Positions 57,001 through 64,000 of a DNA stretch of 64,000 bases are shown here, piece after piece (position 1 is the first letter of the stretch; the number at the start of each line of letters is the position of its first letter). The position numbers and the translations under genes were made by a program. Source of the DNA: Ignavibacteria bacterium (GTDB lineage Bacteria; Bacteroidota; Ignavibacteria; Kapaibacteriales; Kapaibacteriaceae); contig JACPPD010000015.1 of assembly GCA_016191145.1 (NCBI GenBank), positions 7,291-71,290 on the forward strand, in the 5' to 3' direction. The notes below the pieces were generated by a model that saw nothing but the letters and a program-made list of their open reading frames with translations, searched no databases and had not been told where the DNA came from.

Positions 57001-58454
57001 ATCTTTCCGTTGGAGGATATTCGGTGCGATTTTGCACTTGTTCCGAAGTCAACTGTCGTCCAATGCAAATTCATTCTCGGCATTCTATTGAAGAGCAGCG
57101 AGGGTAAAATAGCCTGTGGATGCCTCCACACTGGAACTGAGTCGATCTCCAGCGATTTTAAGTTTTCGATATAATTTGGATCTGAAGAATCCGCCCATAC
57201 GATGAGATTAAGCCTGTGTTTTTGAAAGACAGAGATTGTTGGCTGCTGAAAAATAGTACTTGTAATGAACTGTTCTTCCGGAACGACGTTGATCATGAAA
57301 GGATCAAGGACAGGGTCGCCATCCCACGACGAGGAATTTGAATATTGCATAACGAATATCGGCTTGTCGGCTTCCCATACGCTGAATCCGTATGTAATGG
57401 TTGTTGGCTCCGCTGCCTGAACTAGATCGAAAAAATCGCCTCCCTTTGCCAGATAACCGCCACCCTGGCCAACCAATGCCTTGGTGACCTTATCGTAATA
57501 CTTTAACGTAAACCGCGTTTGGTCTCGCAGGGCAAATACCCTGAAAACATCACCCCTACCCACACTATTTTTGTTTTCACGAGAATACTCAACTGTAACA
57601 TACTTTTTTCCCCATGTAGTTGTGGGAGGAGTCATTTCCACTAAGTGATTTCGACCATTCCCATTTTGCAGAAGATTAGGCATCGTTGTTCTCTCATGGC
57701 TCGATATAAGTCCTATCGGCTTGCTGCTGCGGATCAACGTACCCGACATATCCCAAATCCCACGTGTTTGGCCGGTGCCCTTCATGTAGTAAACATCGCC
57801 CTCCTCCATTGAAATCTGATATGGCTGACCTGTATTTAATTTCTTCCCTCCTTCGGCATCAGCATCCAGCTCACCGGTACCTCGTAGTAGAATGTCAAGA
57901 ACTGTATTATCCTCCCTCGCAATAACAACCCATCCGCTAGCCCAATTGCTGAACTCCCTAAAATCATAGTAGCTGGTAACTATGTATTCGTTTCCCCAGG
58001 CTGCAGTGGGAATAGCCAGATAACCGTCCGAGGAGAATACCTTGGAGTTGAGTACATAGACCGAAATTGGCTTATCTGCTTTGAGGCGAATCGCTTTCTT
58101 GGTTACACGGTCATATTCCCGAACTTCCCACGTCCAGTTGGTTTCACCCTTTGTGTCGCTGAGGGTGCGTATATCGCCAGCAGTTATTTTTCGTTTATAC
58201 TTACGATTCCCTGCATAATCCGTGACTTCAACTTCAGTGTCGAACGCCGAGGCAATATACAATTCCAACCCCTGTGTCGGATAGGGAAGAATCTCATTGG
58301 GTGGAATTGCTATAAAGAACTCCCTTCCCTGTGCACCGTTGACGCTAAGCATTTCTTCTGCAGTTGGAATTTTTTTCTGCGCAAATAGAGCTGCTGAAGT
58401 TGCCAGGAATGTTAGAACGAGGATTCCAGCTTTGCTGTGGATCATTTTTTTCAT
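54069..58454 (-). CDS. Large secreted protein: IgGFc-binding-like N-domain, Ig/ASH repeats, T9SS C-terminal domain
   Basis: SSDGYLAIPT..WG.EY, repeated FG...L.I.N.G Ig units, WPNP...GLYFVRL. Confidence 0.85.
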   Translation of the reverse strand: MKKMIHSKAGILVLTFLATSAALFAQKKIPTAEEMLSVNGAQGREFFIAIPPNEILPYPTQGLELYIASAFDTEVEVTDYAGNRKYKRKITAGDIRTLSDTKGETNWTWEVREYDRVTKKAIRLKADKPISVYVLNSKVFSSDGYLAIPTAAWGNEYIVTSYYDFREFSNWASGWVVIAREDNTVLDILLRGTGELDADAEGGKKLNTGQPYQISMEEGDVYYMKGTGQTRGIWDMSGTLIRSSKPIGLISSHERTTMPNLLQNGNGRNHLVEMTPPTTTWGKKYVTVEYSRENKNSVGRGDVFRVFALRDQTRFTLKYYDKVTKALVGQGGGYLAKGGDFFDLVQAAEPTTITYGFSVWEADKPIFVMQYSNSSSWDGDPVLDPFMINVVPEEQFITSTIFQQPTISVFQKHRLNLIVWADSSDPNYIENLKSLEIDSVPVWRHPQAILPSLLFNRMPRMNLHWTTVDFGTSAKSHRISSNGKIKFGGYIYGFGNFDAYGWPAASGFRPVGVLDTMPPLLKADSLCGDFTYRATELRNIPDPPVPEPIDTDQVETGVAVIDTVPGSNSYNYRLVLITSQDMPRDPSWKVFDFRWEVIDKSKDAYAEFFVQDWADNFTYDTIRYFADKLLFTPNPLKFGKIRLGTNKQLDLTVKNISDGSVKLTEALLEVGTYFMIAEFPIPPAVTLQPGASWTFKIVYDGRRETSDVTKDFDLDSLVIKTTCGQFKIGLEGVAAIPRIRVADFNAGTVGIGEERCKTGGLRIQNPGSDTLIVSSMTGYAGQNFTVSSPTIPRIPFTIPPKGEVFLEKICYERSSVGSDSIDVTFGNNGDGPDSISTWVGKTEAPGPGIEGYNWLKRRVNTRHQAFARVYNSGNQVLRLTDVTFADGSKYFPTGSTDATFVFKIGSIFSGGTPVTSIDLSNGQSVDVLVEFRPAAVQVYSEKIIPVWATPGIDPREAFLEGEGIVPLIETQGASLNCNESPEYTAATRDLVITNNGSMDLTITRLAFATGSDPAWQFGTPAPTTPFIVPFAAGINVMRIPIVYTRPVGYIGGSALTVEIDHDATPGTGIDSVSYPPMSATERFIVGSCAGPDISVTNIDFGRLRANCDDRQLDFTILNTGGGSKDLVISNIIPTGPDASAFQVINIIGPVGTPVTLPFTIPSSASATVTVRFTPTEPNAAPWVDRVYNAQFRIMNYEEGDSVNEIRPDTYANVTGVGYVIPVTMRLTNSSAGVISVADDDLTFTVSGESQDWVNARLTDFTADVVYETLALGYLDKSVGTTALTGGWTISNAVIVSVDNTFSIMRFNASGPTAIAGDGPLFTFRAKLLLGPNFKTDQKLNVDLKQACLIPTTSGSSTEIINCALTRRVVSLSLTKFSMSPIWPNPTSSGKARFDFGIGINAPVYIDVVSAQGQVVATMVNSVLEAGEYSLEFPTNLFGNGLYFVRLKSADFSKTQQLIVND

Positions 58455-58746
58455 GCTACGTCCTGATTATAATCAACTGGTGACGGGCTGCTTCGGCTCA
58501 TCGCCCGCTGCCCGTAACGGTTCCACGGAGATTTACAAGATAATGTCCTGGACACATCCATTACAATATCTTTTTGAGATATTTAACTCAAGCTAAAAAC
58601 TACGGCTTTCAACTGAGAAAATGCGCCTTGTATGTCACTTTATCGTGAACAATACACATTGACAAAAATTTGTCGCAGAAGTAACACCATTGGGCAGACC
58701 TTTCGGTAGTGGTTCACATACCCCCGGAATCGTAGTTTTGTGACCT

Positions 58747-59670
58747 ATGGATACTTCTGTGGGACCAACAGCCGAGGTTGATTCGAAACAATCTCTGGCA
58801 TTCAACACTTTGACGTTCGAAAATCGACTGCGCCAACCATCAGAGTTCGCAGAAATTGCCGTGGAAATCCGCCGCGATATCATCCGATCGCTTGTACGTG
58901 CAGGTTCGGGGCATAGCGGTGGACCGCTGGGGTCGTCCGACATTTTTGCTGTCCTGTATTTCGGCGGCATAATGCGATATAATCCAAGTGACATGCATTG
59001 GAACGGTCGTGACAGATTTGTACTATCTGCCGGCCACATGGCGCCTGTTCTATATTCTACTCTCGCAAATGCTGGGTGCTTTCCAAAAGAAGAATTAGGA
59101 ACACTGAGAAAATTTGGCACACGCCTTCAAGGGCATCCCGGACGCGATATGCATCTGCCCGGTATCGAGACTTCGTCAGGCTCCCTCGGTCAAGGCATCT
59201 CCATTGCCGTAGGAATGGCTATAAGTGATAAACTTATTGACAGAAACGACCATTGCGTTTTTACACTCACCGGCGACGGCGAATTGCAGGAAGGCAGTGT
59301 TTGGGAAGCCGCTATGGCTGCGTCGAATTTTAAACTTGACAACTTTTGCTGGCTCATCGACAACAATGATTGTCAGATCGACGGCCGCGTCCCCGACGTC
59401 ATGAACGTCTATCCAATCGCTGAGAAATGTACAGCTTTTGGTTTCGACACATTTGTCGCAGACGGTCATGATTACGCTGATATCATGCGTGCATTCGACA
59501 GATTCAGGGAAAACCACGTTAACAAGGTTGGCAAGCCGACAGCGATTGTTTTTCGAACCTACATGGGGCATGGCGTTTCGTACATGAACGACAAATTTGA
59601 ATGGCATGGCAAACCGCCAACAAAAGATCAGGCAATTGCAGCACTTGAAGAACTCGCAGGTAACGAATAA
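58747..59670 (+). CDS. Transketolase, N-terminal subunit
   Basis: SGHSGG, DRFVLSAGH, GSLGQG, GDGELQEG. Confidence 0.95.
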   Translation: MDTSVGPTAEVDSKQSLAFNTLTFENRLRQPSEFAEIAVEIRRDIIRSLVRAGSGHSGGPLGSSDIFAVLYFGGIMRYNPSDMHWNGRDRFVLSAGHMAPVLYSTLANAGCFPKEELGTLRKFGTRLQGHPGRDMHLPGIETSSGSLGQGISIAVGMAISDKLIDRNDHCVFTLTGDGELQEGSVWEAAMAASNFKLDNFCWLIDNNDCQIDGRVPDVMNVYPIAEKCTAFGFDTFVADGHDYADIMRAFDRFRENHVNKVGKPTAIVFRTYMGHGVSYMNDKFEWHGKPPTKDQAIAALEELAGNE

Positions 59671-60653
59671 TGGAACTTTTAGGATCAAAGCCCACACGGC
59701 ACGGATTCGGCGAAGGACTTGTTACTCTTGGTGAGAGATACGAGAATGTTGTTGTGTTAGGGGGCGACATCACGGGATCGGTGATGACACAACTATTCAA
59801 GGATAAATTTCCAGACAGGTTCTTCTCCATAGGCGTTGCTGAGCAGAACGCAACAACGATAGCAGCCGGCCTCGCCTTATCGGGAAAGATTCCATTTTTT
59901 GCATCGTATGGCGCATTCTGTGCATTGCGAAATGCCGATCAGTTGCGAATCTCTGTGTGTTACAACGATGTGAACGTAAAAATCGGCGGCGGTCATTCAG
60001 GCATCAGCGTAGGTCCGGATGGCGCCACCCATCAGGTGCTCGAAGAAATCGCTTACTTGCGCACGCTACCGCACATGACGATGCTGGTACCGGCTGACTT
60101 TGAAGAAGCGCGAAAGGCAACAATTGCAATGGGTGAAATGATTGGTCCGGCATATATCCGGTTTGGCAGGTCGCCCGTTCCGCTCTTTACTACATCAGAA
60201 ACACCGTTCGCAATTGGCAAGGCACACGTTATTAAAGATGGCAACGATGTTGCCCTTATTGCTTGTGGAGCGCTGGTATGGGAAAGCCTGCTCGCAGCAG
60301 ACGACTTGGCGAAGTCCGGCATAAACGCCCGCGTTATTAACGCCCCCTCCATCAAGCCATTCGATTTTAACACAGTAACGCAGGCTGCCCGCGAGTGCGG
60401 CTGCATCGTTACTGCCGAAGAACATCAGGTACACGCAGGATTGGGTGGAGCCGTAGCTGAGTGCACGGCTAAGAATGCGCCTGTTCCCATTGAATTCGTT
60501 GGTGTGAAGGATTCATTCGGCGGTTCAGGAGAGCCTGAAGAACTGATGGAAAAATTTGGGCTTACGTGGAAAGAGATTGCGGCAGCGGCCCGCGTTGCTA
60601 TGAAACGCCGCGACAAAGGTAGCAGCGGTGTTCGTTCCATTGTAGAACCGTGA
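59670..60653 (+). CDS. Transketolase, C-terminal subunit
   Basis: GVAEQN, GPDGATHQ, AEEH...GGLG-type motifs. Confidence 0.95.
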   Translation: MELLGSKPTRHGFGEGLVTLGERYENVVVLGGDITGSVMTQLFKDKFPDRFFSIGVAEQNATTIAAGLALSGKIPFFASYGAFCALRNADQLRISVCYNDVNVKIGGGHSGISVGPDGATHQVLEEIAYLRTLPHMTMLVPADFEEARKATIAMGEMIGPAYIRFGRSPVPLFTTSETPFAIGKAHVIKDGNDVALIACGALVWESLLAADDLAKSGINARVINAPSIKPFDFNTVTQAARECGCIVTAEEHQVHAGLGGAVAECTAKNAPVPIEFVGVKDSFGGSGEPEELMEKFGLTWKEIAAAARVAMKRRDKGSSGVRSIVEP

Positions 60654-62083
60654 AGATCGAAGTTAATGATCCAATTCTCCTGCGAATTGCAGCCTATGCC
60701 CAGAAAAAGGATGTGCAAATTTTTGCGGTAGGGGGCTATGTACGCGACTCAATTATGGGTCGGCCCCGAACCGATATTGACGTCACAGTTGTTGGTGATG
60801 CAGCATGGTTCGCAACTGAAATTGCGGTGCTATTCAACTCCAAAGCTGTTGTTTATGAAAGATTCAGAACTGCCCTTGTACCAATTGGCAGCCACCATAT
60901 AGAATTTGTTGGAACTCGTAAAGAAGTTTACGATCCTGTATCGCGAAAACCGACGGTAGAAGAAGGAACTCTTGACGATGACTTGCGCAGGCGCGACTTT
61001 ACGGTGAATGCCATGGCCGCGTCACTCAGCCCGGAAACATTAGGCAACGTGATTGATTTGTTCGATGGCTGCGCCGACATAGAACGGCGCCTGCTTCGTA
61101 CGCCGCTCGATCCGTTTGTTACGATGACTGACGACCCGCTGCGCATGATGAGAGCAGCTCGTTTCGCATCGCAACTCGATTTCACTCTCCACCCTTCTGC
61201 GGTGAACGCAATGAAGCAGCTCGCCTCGCGCATTACCATCATCTCTCAGGAGCGCATTACAGACGAGTTCTTAAAGATTCTTGCATCACCCAAACCAAGT
61301 GTCGGGCTCGGAATTCTTTATGATGTGGGCATACTCAAAATTGTCTTTCCAGAAGTTCATCAGCTAGCAGGTGTTGAACTAGTGCAGGAAGGAAGCCGAG
61401 AGTATGGACATAAAGATGTATTCCGCCATACTCTGCGCGTAGTAGACAATGTTGCCCAGATGTCCGATAACCTATGGCTGCGCTTTGCAACCCTAATGCA
61501 TGATGTTGCAAAACCTAAAACCAAACGGTTTGCTGAAGGTCATGGATGGACCTTCCATGGCCATGAAGATGTTGGAGCGCGCTGGCAAGAAAAGATCTTT
61601 CTGCGCATGAAGATGCCGCTGGACAAACTTGACTACGTGAGAACATTGGTCCGCTTGCATCAGCGCCCGATGCAGCTCGTCGACGAAGGCATTACGGACT
61701 CTGCAATACGCAGGCTGGCTGTGTCGGCTGGCGACTCGATAGACGATTTATTCACCTTATGCAGAGCCGACATCACGACGCGCAATCCACAGCGTGCCCA
61801 AGCCTACCTGCGCAATTATGAAACTGTTCAGAAAAAAGTAAAAGATGTTCTCGATCGAGATCACTTACGAGCCTTTCAGAGCCCGGTAAGGGGCGACGAA
61901 ATTATGGAGATTGCTGGGCTTCCGCCATCTCGCACAGTTGGATACATGAAATGGATGATTGAAGAAGCCATCCTCGAAGGCTTGATTCCCAATGAGTACG
62001 ATGCAGCGCGCCAATTCTTCATCGAACACGTAGAGGAGTGGAAGCAGAACGGAGAAACAGCGCACTTCTCTCGCAGAGGGTAA
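60650..62083 (+). CDS. CCA tRNA nucleotidyltransferase / poly(A) polymerase with HD domain
   Basis: VGGYVRD, DIDV, RRDFTVNAMA, DDPLRMMRAARF, HDVAK. Confidence 0.93.
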   Translation: MKIEVNDPILLRIAAYAQKKDVQIFAVGGYVRDSIMGRPRTDIDVTVVGDAAWFATEIAVLFNSKAVVYERFRTALVPIGSHHIEFVGTRKEVYDPVSRKPTVEEGTLDDDLRRRDFTVNAMAASLSPETLGNVIDLFDGCADIERRLLRTPLDPFVTMTDDPLRMMRAARFASQLDFTLHPSAVNAMKQLASRITIISQERITDEFLKILASPKPSVGLGILYDVGILKIVFPEVHQLAGVELVQEGSREYGHKDVFRHTLRVVDNVAQMSDNLWLRFATLMHDVAKPKTKRFAEGHGWTFHGHEDVGARWQEKIFLRMKMPLDKLDYVRTLVRLHQRPMQLVDEGITDSAIRRLAVSAGDSIDDLFTLCRADITTRNPQRAQAYLRNYETVQKKVKDVLDRDHLRAFQSPVRGDEIMEIAGLPPSRTVGYMKWMIEEAILEGLIPNEYDAARQFFIEHVEEWKQNGETAHFSRRG

Positions 62084-62220
62084 CATGAAGAAGCAATCCT
62101 TAGATAACCGTGCATTTTGCATTTTAAATAATGTTACGAGTAGTCACAATCCAATGATTCAGGGCATAGAATGAACAGTTATCACTTGGGATATAGCACT
62201 GGTAAGAAAAGGTAAATATA

Positions 62221-62421
62221 ATGAGAAACAAAAATTCACTGAATGGGGCTTTGAAAACGATTCTTGTTTCGTGTTCCATGGCCATGATCATAACCGTTGT
62301 AACGGCACTCTACACAGGCGAAACACTGTTTCTTGTTGCTTCTGCTCTGTTCGCAATCTCCGGTACTGTAGGCGTCTTTGTTGTGAAATCATTATCGCGA
62401 AAGATCGGACAAGGCAGATGA
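62221..62421 (+). CDS. Small two-TM membrane protein
   Basis: Two hydrophobic segments; ATGA overlap with the next gene. Confidence 0.6.
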   Translation: MRNKNSLNGALKTILVSCSMAMIITVVTALYTGETLFLVASALFAISGTVGVFVVKSLSRKIGQGR

Positions 62422-63614
62422 ATTCGGTGATTCCGGCATTCAGACACGATGTTTCCGTCAACGTTCATTCGGAAAACGGCGAGACCTTCCTCGTCTTGTT
62501 TGATCCGTTTGGATTTGCTGATGGGCCAATAATGATTCACTCCGACATGATAGACGTACTCGATGTCTGCGATGGCCAGACTACGTTTGAAGAAATTGCT
62601 GCGACGTCGAAGTTGGAAGCCGACAGTAAGGAAATGTTGCGTCTGCGAGCATTCGTTGGCCAGCTTGATGAGATGGGTTTTCTCGAAGGCGAACGTAGTG
62701 CTGCCAGACGCAAGCGTGTGCTTGAAGAGTGGTCGCATTTGACTGTACGTCCGGCCGTATGTGCTGGCAGTACCTATCCGTCGGATCCTGAGAAATTGCG
62801 CGAATTATTGGGAAGGATGACGGGCGAGCGTGAAGAAGCCGTAGCCTCTCAGTTGGTGGCAGCACTTATTCCACATATTGATTATCGTGTTGCTGAGAAT
62901 GCATACAGGCCAGGTTTCAATGCCATCAGAGATTCCGATGCAGACTTGTTTGTAATTGTTGGAACGTCGCACTATTGGTCAACAAACAGAATTATTGTTA
63001 CAGAGAAGGACTTTGCAACGCCACTTGGGACGATATCCACCGATAAGCCTTTGGTAAGACAGCTTGCGCAGGTATTCCCGCAGGAAACTGATCTTGCCCA
63101 CAAACCGGAACATTCAATTGAACTGCATGCCATTTTCCTCAAGTATTTGTTTGAAGACAGGCCATTTACAATTCTGCCAATTCTTGTTTCGGGTTATACC
63201 GATGATGAGGGCATGGACTTTCATAACGAAGTGCGTGAGCTTGGCGTACACCTCGCAAATATCATCGGCCTCGCCAACCGCAAAGTAATGTGGCTGATCA
63301 GCGGAGATTTGTCGCACGTTGGAAAAAAGTTCGGAGACAACGTACCGGCAGTTTTGCTTGAATCCGAAGTGCAGGACTCCGACCGAATGTTGCTTGATTC
63401 ACTCGAGCAGCCAGTCCCCGATACCTTCCACCGAATAATTTCCTCGACTGACAACCGATACCGGGTATGTGGTCATGCCCCCTTACTACTCTCTCTCGAA
63501 GCGCTCAATCTTCTGCACCCGCCGCTCAGGGGCACCGTTGCTGCACGAGATATCTGGCACGAGGAAGAGACGCAGTCGATGGTCTCTTTTGGGACGGTGC
63601 TGTTTTCTGAATAG
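62418..63614 (+). CDS. amrB: AmmeMemoRadiSam system protein B (MEMO1 family)
   Basis: AGSTYP, PHIDY, GTSH, EHSIE, SGDLSHVG, VCG. Confidence 0.9.
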   Translation: MNSVIPAFRHDVSVNVHSENGETFLVLFDPFGFADGPIMIHSDMIDVLDVCDGQTTFEEIAATSKLEADSKEMLRLRAFVGQLDEMGFLEGERSAARRKRVLEEWSHLTVRPAVCAGSTYPSDPEKLRELLGRMTGEREEAVASQLVAALIPHIDYRVAENAYRPGFNAIRDSDADLFVIVGTSHYWSTNRIIVTEKDFATPLGTISTDKPLVRQLAQVFPQETDLAHKPEHSIELHAIFLKYLFEDRPFTILPILVSGYTDDEGMDFHNEVRELGVHLANIIGLANRKVMWLISGDLSHVGKKFGDNVPAVLLESEVQDSDRMLLDSLEQPVPDTFHRIISSTDNRYRVCGHAPLLLSLEALNLLHPPLRGTVAARDIWHEEETQSMVSFGTVLFSE

Positions 63615-63642
63615 GTCATTATTCTCACATAAGCCCTTCTTT

Positions 63643-63782
63643 CCCGGCAGCATATCTCTCCCGGCATGTTCCCCGGCAGCATATCTCTCCCGGCATGTTC
63701 CCCGGCAGCATATCTCTCCCGGCATGTTCCCCGGCAGCATATCTCTCCCGGCATGTTGCCGGGAGACATATCTCTCCCGGCA
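63643..63782. repeat. Four 29-bp tandem repeats ending in a palindrome
   Basis: cccggcagcatatctctcccggcatgttc at 63643, 63672, 63701, 63730, then tgccgggaga...tctcccggca. Confidence 0.9.
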
Positions 63783-63900
63783 AGATCTTCAAACTGAATC
63801 ATTACCTGTTGCTTCTTGTGGTTGGGTATTACGCAATGCAGTTGTATTTTTGTCGGCTCTACCAATTCTTACCGCTTATTTCCCGTATGGGGTTGTATTC

Positions 63901-64000
63901 ATGACACAGAATCAAAAGATCACGCATTCGGTGCGCGATCAGGATGTTCAGAGGCAGTGGTGGGTTGTTGATGCAGACGGTCAAACCGTTGGGCGTCTGG
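63901..64000 (+). CDS. rplM: 50S ribosomal protein L13 (partial)
   Basis: MTQNQKITHS...RQWWVVDADGQTVGRL; TATTTTTG promoter box at 63845-63852. Confidence 0.9.
   Translation, partial: MTQNQKITHSVRDQDVQRQWWVVDADGQTVGRL

Noticed and set aside
63643-63782. CRISPR array
   Set aside because: Head-to-tail repeats without spacers

Overview
The flanks (1-7500 and 43500-64000) are chromosome of an FCB-group bacterium, probably Kapabacteria/Ignavibacteria-like. This is inferred from T9SS-type C-terminal domains and TAnnTTTG promoter boxes. The flanks carry ordinary genes: ECF sigma with anti-sigma, bacilliredoxin, gmhA, ald, paaN, split transketolase, CCA-adding enzyme, amrB and rplM. Between them lies a ~36-kb element (7543-43505) bounded by a perfect 44-bp direct repeat that equals the 5' half of tRNA-Thr(TGT). 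It has a tyrosine integrase, a repressor/excisionase switch and an initiator gene with internal 33-bp iterons. A ~26-kb minus-strand operon follows, with no recognisable terminase, portal, HK97 capsid, tail or conjugation genes. It instead encodes three beta-rich candidate single-jelly-roll proteins, many small membrane proteins, four peptidoglycan-hydrolase domains, a transglutaminase-like cysteine protease, a 1772-aa CHAP/coiled-coil fibre, a methylase-helicase fusion, a RadA-like ATPase and a J-domain protein. Several long intergenic hairpins also occur, one with a possible pseudoknot. Best hypothesis: a provirus of a tailless, lipid-membrane-containing virus from a poorly described lineage. 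All family calls are from motif recognition by eye; no searches were run.
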